64,000 nt of DNA from Candidatus Obscuribacteraceae bacterium (GCA_044226015.1 JBGAHS010000001.1:1184001-1248000); one strand, 5' to 3'. Positions 49,301 to 59,243 are shown, numbered from the stretch's first letter. Numbers and translations: made by a program. The notes: a model not told the origin generated them from the sequence alone.

Positions 49301-49555
49301 GTTTACAGACTCCATTCTTTGAATGCCGTTAACTGTAGAGGTCAGAGCTCGCTCATCAACAGTGGTAATCAGGTTTTCCATGAAGTATGGAGCCATTCCG
49401 ATATAAGTCCAGGCGCAGCTTACAATTGGAATATCGATTACTGGAAAAATGTCTACAGCCATTTTTGAAATGGAAATGACGCCGAACAGCAGAATGGTGA
49501 TCGCCATTGAAATAAATGTATAAGGCTTTGTGAGCGCTATTTGAACGATCCACAT
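46343..49555 (-). CDS. RND permease subunit (AcrB/MdtB-like), paralog 1
   Basis: Same motifs as the neighbour; tandem paralog. Confidence 0.95.
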   Translation of the reverse strand: MWIVQIALTKPYTFISMAITILLFGVISISKMAVDIFPVIDIPIVSCAWTYIGMAPYFMENLITTVDERALTSTVNGIQRMESVNLAGISVIKVYLNKGVNIGENVAMVEAVGTAILRQLPRGLNAPFVTASSATDVPVLQLGIQSDSLSESVLFDIANNLIRGQLSTVQGARIPFPYGGKYRQVMVDLNPQALYATGLSPAAIVNVINSQNVLHPSGTQKMGSFEYIVTLNDIPDSIEKLNQIPVKSYKGSVVFLKDVANVHDGNQPQLNIVNINGKRSVMFNILKSGKASTLTVVNQLKGMLPRLRELVPKDCRIEILTDQSTFVRECVSEVVREAITAAGLTALMILALLGSWRSTLIVATSIPLAILSAIIGLNVFGQTINSMTLGGLALAVGMLVDDATVEIENVHRNMAMGKDITTAILDGAQQVAVPALVSTMSICIVFVPLVFLTEPSRSLFVPLGMAVTIAMMASYGLSRTVVPLMSKALLAKEHHGAGEEQSTKEPGFFRKIHLAIDGTFEMLRERYKSVLELALHNAPVVVTIFLVFYALSFCLIPTIGEDYFPTIDGGQLRLHVNAKPGTRLEQTEREFKKVEQAIRKTFSSEEIESIIDNIGLPVSAINYSLSDSQTVGESDGEIIVSLAEKRPHRTSWYQKKVRKLMKDEFPELTFYFQPADIVTQILNAGMPAPIDVKVFGMNREHNYNLALKMKKEIQQVVGACDVCLHQINNGPHMEWKVDRTRAQQMGVTQKDISTSLLTSLSSSFQTSPNFWLNTKNRINYNLSTIVPPYRMSKIDDLRVLPINPTQPTQTQIPEQPPVLTNLAVPVRSTTPIVINHLNVQPCYDIYADCQDRDLGAVSKDIRAIVEKHKAEATKNNVRGSFIFLAGQVFSMNMAFIALLGGLAFAVLLVYLLLVVNFQSWTDPLIILMAIPGALSGIVWSLFITQTTFSIPALMGAIMTIGVASANSILMVTFANEQRDEGYDGFNAALNAGYQRFRPVIMTATAMIIGMIPMAIGAGEGGSQNAPIGRAVIGGLSVATFSTLLFVPLIFSLTRKGTKTKANTTITEGGV

Positions 49556-49565
49556 TCGCGCATCC

Positions 49566-51362
49566 TCATTGTCTTAACGGCGACGTGGCTATCAATGTTG
49601 GAACCGAAATTTTTCCAACGGCTCTCAATAGTTCTGCTTCTGCGGTGTTGAACTGAATAATTGCGTCGGCTTTATCAACAAGCGCGGAGGTGTAATCTCT
49701 TTGAGCGTTGACGACGTCTAGGTTTGTGCCCACGCCATTTTCAAGACGGTCTTTTGCTACGCGCAATTGTTCTTTTGATGATTCCACTGTGGAAGTTGTC
49801 TCGATGATCAAATTCTCTGCAGTGATTATGTTCAAATATGCATCATGAACTTGCTTGTAGACGCGATTTAGCTCTTTGAGAAACTCAAGTTGTCTCTTTC
49901 TTGCTTCAGCCCTGGCTGCGTTGATTTGCCCGATAGTCGTGAGACCCGCCCCGCCAATTTGCCATTGCATGTCTACGCCTATAACGTAGAGAGCGCGTCC
50001 AGATTTATGTCTTTCTCCCGAGCTAGAGCCGGTACCCGCCGGCAACCCTGAGGCACCAGAGACACCTCCTACTGAGGCACCACCTGAAGTGGCGAACGGC
50101 ACTTGCGACGCATTGCTGCCCGATGAGATGCGGGCAGATGTGCCAACTATGCTACCCAGCGCTTGAATTTGTGGCAGTAGCGGTGCTTTTGCTACTTTAA
50201 TCGATTCAATTGCAGCCAGGCGTAGCTCTTCATATCGCTTTAGTTCGGGTCGATTGTCGACAGCCATTTGAAGCAAATCTTTTATGCCCAGATTGCCATC
50301 AACCAGTCGAATCTTCTTTATTTGCGGATTGCCGAGCGTGAAGTCGGTCATGCCGTTTTCATTGATGATTTCAGCAAGTTTCACTGCTGATTCTCTGCGT
50401 GCGACCTGCTGTTTTATAAGAGCTTGTCTGTCTCGACTGAGCTGCGTTTTTGCTTGCAGTACTTCAAGCATAGTGTTCACACCATTAGCGTACAGGTCTT
50501 TATTTATGAGCAAAAGTGCTTCTGATGTTTCAACTGTTTTGATTTTGATCTGCAGCTTAACTTCGTTGAGTGCCAGTTCGTAGTACCTTTTGGCGGTTTC
50601 ATACAACTCATCATTTGTCGCGAGTTTTACGCCATGCTGTGCTGCTTTATAGTTATGCTTGTTTTCCAAATAGGTGTGGATGACGCTACCACCGCGATAG
50701 AGATTTTGCGCAAAACTACTATTTGTGTTGAGATAGTAATTTTGAATGGGAATGTTTGCGCCTGCGGGGCTGATGTAATTTCCCGTGATGCCCTGATAGG
50801 TGACTTCATTTGAAAGGGTTGGCAAAAATCCGCCGATCGAACTGAAAAGCAACCACTTCTTCTGGTCTGCTTCAGTTGTTGCCAGTTTGATTGTCAGGTT
50901 TTGCCCGTAAGTCTGATTGAGAACGTCGGCTAGTGAAATTGCGCGCGACCCGGTTGACTCAATTGAGTAGGGGTTCAGCTTTTCGTTCAAAGTAATTAAC
51001 GCAGTCAATAGAGGCGGCTTGACAATAACTTGTTCAGGGTCAATGAACATCGAGCCCATGCTCTTGATTGAATCTTCTACGATGGTGTCAAGCTTCTCTG
51101 AGGCCGCCCGAGCTGCTGGAGTTTCTTTTGAGTCGATTGGAGACGGAGTTGGCATGCCCTGAGTGTTGGGCGGCAACGGACCCTTTAGAACGTTTGGAGT
51201 GGGCAGCGAGCCTCTGCCGCTGTTATCAAGAATCTGGTCTGGTGGCACTATGCGCTCACCATCCGCAAGGGCGGGGGCTGCGAAGAGCCCGCTAGACAAG
51301 AGAAAAGCGGCAATTAAAGGCGTAAACTTGATACTATCGGACAGCATGCGGGATTCCTGCAA
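49566..51362 (-). CDS. TolC-family outer membrane efflux protein
   Basis: Two OEP repeats; NRPEL, GVGTNLDVVNAQ; first gene of the RND operon. Confidence 0.9.
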   Translation of the reverse strand: MQESRMLSDSIKFTPLIAAFLLSSGLFAAPALADGERIVPPDQILDNSGRGSLPTPNVLKGPLPPNTQGMPTPSPIDSKETPAARAASEKLDTIVEDSIKSMGSMFIDPEQVIVKPPLLTALITLNEKLNPYSIESTGSRAISLADVLNQTYGQNLTIKLATTEADQKKWLLFSSIGGFLPTLSNEVTYQGITGNYISPAGANIPIQNYYLNTNSSFAQNLYRGGSVIHTYLENKHNYKAAQHGVKLATNDELYETAKRYYELALNEVKLQIKIKTVETSEALLLINKDLYANGVNTMLEVLQAKTQLSRDRQALIKQQVARRESAVKLAEIINENGMTDFTLGNPQIKKIRLVDGNLGIKDLLQMAVDNRPELKRYEELRLAAIESIKVAKAPLLPQIQALGSIVGTSARISSGSNASQVPFATSGGASVGGVSGASGLPAGTGSSSGERHKSGRALYVIGVDMQWQIGGAGLTTIGQINAARAEARKRQLEFLKELNRVYKQVHDAYLNIITAENLIIETTSTVESSKEQLRVAKDRLENGVGTNLDVVNAQRDYTSALVDKADAIIQFNTAEAELLRAVGKISVPTLIATSPLRQ

Positions 51363-51496
51363 TCTTCAGAGCACATTGTCCCATAGAAGCTAGATACTAT
51401 AAATCTGGAAACCCTGATTATTACATAGCCATTCAAAGTTCGACTTTCTTAATGGTGGTATTATATAGTTTGAATCTACCTTTTTCTTAAACTCAG

Positions 51497-51973
51497 ATGC
51501 GCCAAATTCTAGCCATTTTCCTTGTTGCGATTGCCTTTCTGCTGTTCGGTCTCGGAATTGGCGTCGCCTTTGGATCTCAGATGAAGTCAGCCTTCTTTGC
51601 AAAAGTTCCGTGGGCGGTTGGAATGGAGAAGGACAAGAATGCTGCATTTGAACTTTATGACTACCCGACAATAAAGTGGCGGGCAAAACCGCTCGATGCC
51701 AACGGCGCGATAGTTCAATTGTGGACTCGTTATGAAAACGACGGCGGCAAAGATGCAAATGGCAAAATGAATTACAAATTGACTGTGTTCAAGGCGCCGG
51801 ACAAAACAAATTGTGAAATTCAGTTGCTAGACGATATGGGTTTCAAATTAGCTCAGTTCGATGCGAGTGACTTTCATCAGTTGCCTGGAGCTGCAGATAT
51901 CACAGAATCACGAGATAGCTTTCAGGTAAGCGAAGACATTTACAGAAAAGTGCGCGACTACTCCATCAAATAA
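51497..51973 (+). CDS. Membrane-anchored hypothetical protein
   Basis: N-terminal transmembrane segment; abuts the next ORF. Confidence 0.7.
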   Translation: MRQILAIFLVAIAFLLFGLGIGVAFGSQMKSAFFAKVPWAVGMEKDKNAAFELYDYPTIKWRAKPLDANGAIVQLWTRYENDGGKDANGKMNYKLTVFKAPDKTNCEIQLLDDMGFKLAQFDASDFHQLPGAADITESRDSFQVSEDIYRKVRDYSIK

Positions 51974-53560
51974 ATGATGTTGAATTCTGCACCATCGAAA
52001 TATTTGTTTGTGCTAGTGCTCGTGATGCTTTCTGGGCAGTCTCTGGCGCTAGCTAAAAAGCCGCCTGTGCGTAGAATGCTCAAATTGATGCCGATGGACA
52101 ACATGGTCGATCATAGCTATGACATTGGTCCATTTAAAGGCTCGGTTGAGACCAAGCAGTTTTTGACTGGAACCACCCTTAACGATAGGCTCAAGTCTCA
52201 AGCCGGCATTTTGGATGGAACGACTCAGGGGGCTGAGCTGAAGGCTAAAGTGTCGGACAACGGTCTGATGCTGAAAGGTCGCGTTGCTGATGCTAACCCA
52301 TATTCAGTTATAGATACGAAGGAACATGAGATTCAAGCTACATTCTTTGTTGATTATCACAAATTGGAAGCTAAAATCGCCCCTGATATTTCTCGTGTAA
52401 TGGATGCTGCTATCGCAGCGGCGAGAAGGCGAGTCGCATTCGAAGTCGCGAAATCTGAAGCTGAAATGAATCGCGAATTGAAGGCGCGGCAACCCATTAA
52501 AGATATGCCGAAGCTCAATAATATTGGACAGGCCGATCCCGAACAAAGTAAGGCACTTCAGCTTAAGCTGGCACAAGCAAAGAAAGGTGATTTGCCTGGT
52601 TCGCAAAATTCAATGAGGCAATTTGAGTTTGCCCTGGCGCAGTCTAAGAATTCGCATGCACAGATTCCCGAAGAGCAGCAGAAGCAAATTGCCGCTGCTG
52701 ATGCTGCCGAGAAAGCTAAGAACGCATGGCCGAAGTTTCCGAAAATGCCAGGCATTCCTGACCTGGGTGCTTTGCCTAAATTTCCCGGATTTCCTCAAGT
52801 CTCAGGTAGTCCAAAGATGCCCGCTGCTGATAAATCGGAACCACCCGTGGTGCCACAAATTGCGCAAGCGAACAGGTTGAAATTTCCTTCGATTCCGACC
52901 AGTAATAGCCCGAAAATTCCAAGTACTTCAATTGCCTTGACCTCAAAAACGCCAGCTGTGGCGAGTCCTGATTTGGGTGATGCTGTGCGGAAAATGAACG
53001 AGGAAATTGCGCGAGCAAAACTTGGATTGCCTCCTGAAACAAGCGTTGATGCACAGCTATCTCATGCGAAGGATAATGCTCAAGCGGTCGTTAAGAAAGC
53101 ACAGCCAGCGATGGATACTGTATTGACCTATCTTCGACATGTTGATGCGCCGAAGACTCTCTCCGCTAATTCAGCTCCTGAACCAAAAGAGGATGAGGCA
53201 ACGGTTCTGCAGTGGGATAAGTGGCATGCTAATTTTGCTTCTCTGGCGAAGGGTCCTATATTGAAAAACGTTAGTCATTTGGAAAATCCCAAGGGTGACG
53301 ATACTGTCGAGATTACTGTGAAGGCTGACAAAACCCTCAGCGTGAGAGTGGTGAAAGCCAGTTCCACCGAGTTTGACAAGGCAATCTTGCAGGCGTATGA
53401 GTCGCTAAATGGCAGTGCTTCACTCCAGTTTCCGCCTGGCTCAAGGCGCAGCAGTATTAGTTTTCAAATCGACAACAAGCACTCTGGCGATGGTATTCCT
53501 TCTGCTGTTAAAAGCGAAACTACAACAGGCGATAGCGAGATTGTGCGCCACCGCAGGTAG
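51974..53560 (+). CDS. Secreted Pro-rich protein with a TonB-C-terminal-like end
   Basis: Signal peptide; FDKAILQAYESL...LQFPPGS at the C-terminus. Confidence 0.65.
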   Translation: MMLNSAPSKYLFVLVLVMLSGQSLALAKKPPVRRMLKLMPMDNMVDHSYDIGPFKGSVETKQFLTGTTLNDRLKSQAGILDGTTQGAELKAKVSDNGLMLKGRVADANPYSVIDTKEHEIQATFFVDYHKLEAKIAPDISRVMDAAIAAARRRVAFEVAKSEAEMNRELKARQPIKDMPKLNNIGQADPEQSKALQLKLAQAKKGDLPGSQNSMRQFEFALAQSKNSHAQIPEEQQKQIAAADAAEKAKNAWPKFPKMPGIPDLGALPKFPGFPQVSGSPKMPAADKSEPPVVPQIAQANRLKFPSIPTSNSPKIPSTSIALTSKTPAVASPDLGDAVRKMNEEIARAKLGLPPETSVDAQLSHAKDNAQAVVKKAQPAMDTVLTYLRHVDAPKTLSANSAPEPKEDEATVLQWDKWHANFASLAKGPILKNVSHLENPKGDDTVEITVKADKTLSVRVVKASSTEFDKAILQAYESLNGSASLQFPPGSRRSSISFQIDNKHSGDGIPSAVKSETTTGDSEIVRHRR

Positions 53561-53695
53561 AGTCGGGTTGCCTGGTTTCGTGACGTAAAGTCCTGTAGGC
53601 AGTTCATGGGGCTACAAGATGATTATTAACTTGGCAAATTGGTAACCTGCTGCTTAACAAGTATTCAAAGACATTCACAGCTGGAATCAAACCCA

Positions 53696-54442
53696 TTAAG
53701 GGTGCCGCTTTGATGGAAAAGTGAAGATGCTTCCATTTTCGTTGACTCCATAAAAGATTGCCAAAACATCATCAAGATTGCACGGGTGTTTTTCTCCATC
53801 CTCTAAGTATTCAAAGTTCCAGCTGGAATCAAGAAACTGCCTACGCAAATACGACTTCATCAAGGAGAAAGCACCTGTCAATGCTCTAAATGAATCTATG
53901 GAATCCCAAACGAGAAGCTTGCCATTTTCTAATTGCGCTGCGCAAGTCCAACGATTTCTAACTTTCCTGGGTTTATGAACAGTCATTGCCAATTCAATTT
54001 TTGACTCATTTCCGACGGCAGTGATGATCACGCTGTCAGTGATCCGCTTTCCAAGCTTGGTGGAATCTCGCGCTATTCCTGTAAAGTCGTGCTCAAACAA
54101 TGCTTCGAGCGCAGTTTCTAGATTGACTTGTTGCCTTTTTCCTGAAAGTCGAAATCGATCGCCCGGTGCAAAATTCTCAAGCATCTTTTTACGGATTGCT
54201 CCAAACGAGTAGGCTATAGATTGAAACTCCGAAGTGCCAATTCCATGAGCTCTCAGTACTGTTTGATTATTCGAATCTTTCAATACCACGAAAGTCCAGC
54301 AAGCTTCTGGTCTGAATTTGTCCAGTCCCCATGTAGGTGCATGCACAATCAAATAATAGAAGCCCGAGCGAAAACACTGGGATTTTAGAATCTCCAGTTC
54401 GCTAAATCCAATCAGTTCCAAATTGTCAGATCGTTTTTTCAT
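53696..54442 (-). CDS. Putative immunity protein of RHS cassette 1 (two similar P..W.C/DS..AL domains, DUF6968-like)
   Basis: TAATG overlap with the toxin stop; HKP...WTC...DSFRALTGAF. Confidence 0.65.
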   Translation of the reverse strand: MKKRSDNLELIGFSELEILKSQCFRSGFYYLIVHAPTWGLDKFRPEACWTFVVLKDSNNQTVLRAHGIGTSEFQSIAYSFGAIRKKMLENFAPGDRFRLSGKRQQVNLETALEALFEHDFTGIARDSTKLGKRITDSVIITAVGNESKIELAMTVHKPRKVRNRWTCAAQLENGKLLVWDSIDSFRALTGAFSLMKSYLRRQFLDSSWNFEYLEDGEKHPCNLDDVLAIFYGVNENGSIFTFPSKRHP

Positions 54443-55491
54443 TAGTCATCATCAAGTCCTTGATTCTGTCGGCTAATTGCATCGGCTTCGTCCTGTATAG
54501 CCTTTTCGAAATCTGAAGCCTTCCATCTGGCGCGTCCTCGACTTCGAATGATTCGCTTGTAGACGTTTCTATTATCCTTGTCTAACATTCCTTCTGCTGA
54601 CTCACCAAGCGTGCTTGGTTTCACCCTGCCTTTTCTTTTTTTGGCCGCCGAAAAAGGATCCTCTGGCTTTTTTAATCTTGGACGCGGATCTCGTCGAAAG
54701 TCTTCGAAGATCTTTTCCCACCATGGTGTACCTGGCTCTCCACCTTCGTCATCGGGGGCACCACCACCACCACCACCGGGGTCATCACCATCACCACCGT
54801 CCCCATTATCATTGCTGCCACCGGGATTACTTTGATAGCACCTACCAGGAATTAAAGGTTTCGAATTGCCAGCCCCTTGTCCAAATGGTACTAGGTTTCT
54901 TCCAAGAAATGAACCACGGTGTCCTCCGGGTACCGGAACTGCCGTAATAGCTAGGGTTCCATCAGGATCTACCGCCAGAATCGGATTGTTTTCAACATAG
55001 TCGAAAAGATTGATTCCGCCGATTTCACCGAGTGGATCTCGGTTGATGAATCTGCCTTGGTTGGCCGAATATGCTCGTGAGGTAGTTAAGCTGAGTTGAC
55101 TTCTTTCGTGCAGGTAATAGCTTCCGTATCGAAACGTCGCTTCCTGTGCACCAGCCAGTTTAGTCACTAGCCCGTACGGATCATATCGGTACTGGGCCTC
55201 GATGGTCGTTGTACCACCGTTAGTCTTGGTCATCTCTGTCACAGAGCCTTCGTGATTCTGCGTATAAAAATAGCTGGCACTTGGAGATGAAAGTAAAATT
55301 TGGCCCAACCAGAAGTATTGTTGGGATGAATTACTTGAAAGATCTCTTTCCTCACATCTAGCCGTTCCACACCACAAATGTTGCTTCGTCGAAGTGACAC
55401 TGCCAGCAGTGCGCTCCTCGATTTTAGTTGCGCGCGAAAGTGCATCATACGAAAATTGGGTGATGTTTCCGGTGGGATAAGTCTTGATTTC
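54442..55491 (-). CDS. Start-less RHS core/C-terminal toxin cassette 1
   Basis: EIKTYPTGNITQFSYD..., YDPYG, GRFINRDP, NPILAVDPDG, then a variable tip; in-frame stop just upstream of the repeat. Confidence 0.85.
   Translation of the reverse strand, partial: EIKTYPTGNITQFSYDALSRATKIEERTAGSVTSTKQHLWCGTARCEERDLSSNSSQQYFWLGQILLSSPSASYFYTQNHEGSVTEMTKTNGGTTTIEAQYRYDPYGLVTKLAGAQEATFRYGSYYLHERSQLSLTTSRAYSANQGRFINRDPLGEIGGINLFDYVENNPILAVDPDGTLAITAVPVPGGHRGSFLGRNLVPFGQGAGNSKPLIPGRCYQSNPGGSNDNGDGGDGDDPGGGGGGAPDDEGGEPGTPWWEKIFEDFRRDPRPRLKKPEDPFSAAKKRKGRVKPSTLGESAEGMLDKDNRNVYKRIIRSRGRARWKASDFEKAIQDEADAISRQNQGLDDD
55372..55473. repeat. 102-bp RHS cassette repeat, copy 1
   Basis: 3 mismatches to copy 4 (manual count). 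Confidence 0.95.
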
Positions 55492-55714
55492 GGTGAAGTC
55501 GAATGATTAAGCCAAAGTCTCTGGGTGAGAAGTCCGTCGTGCTTTTAATTCTCCCAGTGGAAGAGGTTCGAGGTTTCCGCATCCTCACGGTATTAAAAGT
55601 CAGCTGAAATCAAGGCAAAGCATTGCTCAAATTTTTGAAATGCATAACAGCGTCCGCATCAACTATAATTTAAGTCACAGTTAGTTATGACTTACAAAAG
55701 GCCATTTTTTAGCC

Positions 55715-56317
55715 GTGGATCGATTTAAGGATTATTCGCAATTGAAAACATACTCGGACAAAGGGATCACCGAGTACGTTTCGGGGAATGGAGAGTTATT
55801 GCTTCTGGCAAGCTTTTCGACAACTTTTGAACGTGGCAAGTTGATTATCTTTGATTACAAAACCGAAACCAGAACGCCGACAGTAGGACGCGACGGAAAA
55901 TTACTTTTTAAGGGATTTAGCCCCTTCTTTCAATGCCGAATGGAATTCGATTTCAAGAATTGCCATCTGACCTACACTCCTTCGAGTCCTTCATTGAAGG
56001 AGCTAAGAAAAGGCGGTCAGCTCGTAGATTTGATTAGTGAAATAAGAATTGTCTCGATAATTCCTTCTATGTTATTTGGACTCTATTCTCTGCCATTTGC
56101 AAACTCAGAATCGATCATTGTTCCATCAGAAGTTGAACTCGCAACAGGAACATCAACTAGAAAAATCCGCTACAACAACAGTGGCTACATTGAGGAAATC
56201 ATCAGAGACTCCGTACAGGAAGACCGCTCTGTTTTCCTTTCTGGATTGCAGCTAACTAAATCTACTTCCTCTTACCGCACTAAAATTCTGGTGGCAGAAC
56301 ATCGCCGGGAGGAGTAA
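55715..56317 (+). CDS. Hypothetical protein convergent on cassette 2, putative immunity; paralog of 61952-62632
   Basis: YSDKG...FSTTFE...IIPSMLF. Confidence 0.6.
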   Translation: MDRFKDYSQLKTYSDKGITEYVSGNGELLLLASFSTTFERGKLIIFDYKTETRTPTVGRDGKLLFKGFSPFFQCRMEFDFKNCHLTYTPSSPSLKELRKGGQLVDLISEIRIVSIIPSMLFGLYSLPFANSESIIVPSEVELATGTSTRKIRYNNSGYIEEIIRDSVQEDRSVFLSGLQLTKSTSSYRTKILVAEHRREE

Positions 56318-57257
56318 CTCCCAGAATGCATAGCAGAATGTCCAATGAAAGTCTTGCTTCGTTCAATTGCAATCGATACTTTAAGGTGAAGTCGTCATTA
56401 CGGGCAGCTCGCAGGATCTCCCTCATATGTCTCCTTTGATATCTGTCCATGGCTCTTTGAATGCATTTATAAGCATCATCATAATCATCTCCACCTTCGG
56501 GTGGTGGAGTTATTTTGTCTCCGTCGTCATTACCGCCTCCGCCAGGTCCGCCACCACCACCGCAGCCACCTTTTTTGCTACCATTGTCAGGCTCATCGTT
56601 TTTTCCAGGTTTTGGCTCAGGACTATCGAGCATATCCGCTTCACCAAACCTAGTTTTGTTTCGCCCTCTGTATGCGCCGTCTGTAGCTAGTCTTCCGACG
56701 TTCATTCCTATCCCACCGCGCAATATCTGACCTGTAGGATCCGTCGCTAAAATTGGTGAGCAACCAACATAAGCATATAGATTCAAACCGCCATTTTCTT
56801 GGATCGGATCTCTGTTGATAAATCGTGCAGAATCGGCGCTGTAAGCCCGATAGACAGGCAGATTTAGACCACTGCTGGGATGGAAATAATAGCCCGCATA
56901 TTGGAAATCAGAATTTTGGGTACCCAGCAGTTTTGTGGAGCGACCAAACGGACTGTAGATATACTGGGCTTCTATAGTCGTAACCGGGCCCGCGACAGTC
57001 TTGGTAATTTCCCTTACAGAGTTCAAATGGTCCTTAGTGTAAAACAAGTCAGTAGCCATGCCGGTCGAAAAATTTCTTTGAGCGAGCGACAGAAATTGCT
57101 TGCCATTACTCAAACTACCAATGCCATCTCTCTCCTCACACCTGGACAAGCCACACCATACATGTTGCTTCGTCGAAGTGACACTGCCAGCAGTGCGCTC
57201 CTCGATTTTCGTGGCGCGCGAAAGTGCATCATACGAAAATTGGGTGATGTTCCAGGT
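56280..57257 (-). CDS. Start-less RHS core/C-terminal toxin cassette 2
   Basis: DHLNSVRE, YSPFG, RFINRDP, PILATDPTG; TAA immediately upstream of the repeat. Confidence 0.85.
   Translation of the reverse strand, partial: TWNITQFSYDALSRATKIEERTAGSVTSTKQHVWCGLSRCEERDGIGSLSNGKQFLSLAQRNFSTGMATDLFYTKDHLNSVREITKTVAGPVTTIEAQYIYSPFGRSTKLLGTQNSDFQYAGYYFHPSSGLNLPVYRAYSADSARFINRDPIQENGGLNLYAYVGCSPILATDPTGQILRGGIGMNVGRLATDGAYRGRNKTRFGEADMLDSPEPKPGKNDEPDNGSKKGGCGGGGGPGGGGNDDGDKITPPPEGGDDYDDAYKCIQRAMDRYQRRHMREILRAARNDDFTLKYRLQLNEARLSLDILLCILGVTPPGDVLPPEF
57156..57257. repeat. 102-bp RHS cassette repeat, copy 2
   Basis: 5 mismatches to copy 4. Confidence 0.95.
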
Positions 57258-57415
57258 TTAATCTGATTGGATTTCAGAAGCTTGGAAACATAGCCGCTCT
57301 GTGTCAGAAGTTCCTTAAGATGACTACTCCGGTGAGAAAAGTAGGTAGCCAGCAAAGACAGAAAAATATAAGAGCATGATTGTTGCCGCGTAAGTTCGGA
57401 GGGCGTGTTTTAATC

Positions 57416-57826
57416 CTAAAAATAGACGTCAAAATACAACAGCCCAATTTCAAAGGAAGCAAGCTTCTTCATGGCTTGTGGTGCAAGATTGATAACACCA
57501 TGGTAGGATTCTGCTGACAAAAAAATAGAGATGTCAACTCTGTATCCATTTGACCTGAGCATTCGAATGAGGCTTCTCTTACCTTCAATCTTTTCCAGCA
57601 ACCACAGCAGGTGGAAATTTATATCTTTAGAAATTAAATGCGATGTTCCGAAATACCAGGCACCGAATTCATGACATACAGCAAGCTTAGTGAAGGATGA
57701 ATTCAGATCGCCTTTTCTGAAAGACCTTTGTGGAACCAATTCCAGAAGCTGTGAAATATAGCTAGGGTCGAGATCTGGATGAGCGATCCTCAAATCTAAA
57801 TACAACTCAGATGCTTCGCCAGTCAT
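57416..57826 (-). CDS. DUF4279-like putative immunity protein (second of a tandem pair)
   Basis: LRI.HPDLDP..IS.LL.L.P...G.W...HL.WLL pattern; ATGA overlap with the upstream paralog. Confidence 0.75.
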   Translation of the reverse strand: MTGEASELYLDLRIAHPDLDPSYISQLLELVPQRSFRKGDLNSSFTKLAVCHEFGAWYFGTSHLISKDINFHLLWLLEKIEGKRSLIRMLRSNGYRVDISIFLSAESYHGVINLAPQAMKKLASFEIGLLYFDVYF

Positions 57827-58299
57827 AGTGGAGCCACCCCAGAGCTCGCCCACATATCAAAGATAATGGATGAGTCATACCTCGCTAAATCTTTTAGGCT
57901 ACGATCACTAATAGTCCAGCTCATGTTCGTAGATGCGGACACAGAGTAAACGATAAACTCAGTCCTGACGCCGAGTGCAATAATTTCTTTCCACCTTCCT
58001 TGGCATGGAGCTAACTTATCCAAGAGCCATTGTAAGTGGGCTTCAAGCCTTGTAGACTGCACAAATTCATGACTGGATAAAATCCAGCCGTTCTCTAAAA
58101 CTGGAGATTCTTCTTTCTCCAAAGTAATTCTCAAATCGTTTGATAACCATGACCGACTCGGAGTAATCCCCAAAATTTCGGTTATCTGCGCAGGGTCAAA
58201 ATCTTCTCCTACAATTCTAAGACAAACGTGGATACAGGATGGTTTTTCTGAATTTGTATTTTTTGAACTAATTGGTTTGGCTCCTGTCTTCCGAGTTAT
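57823..58299 (-). CDS. DUF4279-like putative immunity protein of cassette 3 (start probably non-canonical ATA/ATT)
   Basis: In-frame extension upstream of 58173 gives CLRIVGEDFDPAQITEILGITPS; HLQWLLDKL. Confidence 0.7.
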   Translation of the reverse strand: MTRKTGAKPISSKNTNSEKPSCIHVCLRIVGEDFDPAQITEILGITPSRSWLSNDLRITLEKEESPVLENGWILSSHEFVQSTRLEAHLQWLLDKLAPCQGRWKEIIALGVRTEFIVYSVSASTNMSWTISDRSLKDLARYDSSIIFDMWASSGVAPL

Positions 58300-59243
58300 T
58301 CTATCGGTTTTCCGTTAATGCTTGTGATATTACCTTCGCTATCATATTCAATATTATCAGCTCCGCCAAGGTCTAATCCTGCATCATCTTTTACAGTATG
58401 CGTGCGTCCTCGATCTCCCTTCTTCTCCGTTTTCTCACCTTTCGTTTTTCCTTGCTCTTGCCTCGATTTCCATCGTTCCCTTTCTCGTTCCCTGTCCCTT
58501 TTTGATTTACCTCGACTAGGGCACTCGTTGTCTTTCCCTTTTGGCCCCATTGCATTCGATAGATTCTGGAGCGCGTTCTGTATACCTGGTGCTGCGATTC
58601 TACCGACCTGCTCACCGATCGCCGCGGCTGCCACTGCTGCCCCTGCGTAAGCAATTCCTGCTAAATACGGAACCGCTGGGGCTAAGGCTACAAGAAATGT
58701 TCCATTCGGGTCTTTATAGTTTATTGGATTATCTGCAACATATGAGTAAAGATTCGCGCCCCCGTTTTCCTCAAGCATGTCTCTAGTGATGAACCGTCCT
58801 AGGCTTGAATAATAAGCCCGCGTAACAGTTAGGTTTAGTCCACTTCTACTATGTATGTAGTAACTAGCATACTGAAACTCTGATTCCAAGGAGCCGGCGA
58901 GTTTTGTTGGACGTCCATACGGATCAAAATCATATTGCGCTTCAATTGTGGTGGTGCCAGAAACTGTTTTTGTCATTTCTCGCGTTGAACCAATGTGATC
59001 TTGAGTGTAGAAATAGTTAGTAGGTGTGCTGCTGGTGAAATTGCTCTGACCAAATTCGAAAAATTGCTTGCCATTACTCAAGCTGCCCGACGCATTTCTT
59101 TCCTCGCACCTTTGCGTCCCGCACCAAATATGTTGCTTCGTCGAAGTGACACTGCCAGCAGTGCGCTCTTCGATTTTTGTGGCGCGCGAAAGTGCATCAT
59201 ACGAAAATTGGGTGATGTTCCCGGTGTCGGTAGCTATGATTTC
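58296..59243 (-). CDS. RHS core/C-terminal toxin cassette 3
   Basis: DHIGSTRE, FDPYG, GRFITRD, NPINYKDPNG, hydrophobic linker and a basic tip. Confidence 0.85.
   Translation of the reverse strand, partial: EIIATDTGNITQFSYDALSRATKIEERTAGSVTSTKQHIWCGTQRCEERNASGSLSNGKQFFEFGQSNFTSSTPTNYFYTQDHIGSTREMTKTVSGTTTIEAQYDFDPYGRPTKLAGSLESEFQYASYYIHSRSGLNLTVTRAYYSSLGRFITRDMLEENGGANLYSYVADNPINYKDPNGTFLVALAPAVPYLAGIAYAGAAVAAAAIGEQVGRIAAPGIQNALQNLSNAMGPKGKDNECPSRGKSKRDRERERERWKSRQEQGKTKGEKTEKKGDRGRTHTVKDDAGLDLGGADNIEYDSEGNITSINGKPIE
59124..59225. repeat. 102-bp RHS cassette repeat, copy 3
   Basis: 6 mismatches to copy 4. Confidence 0.95.
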
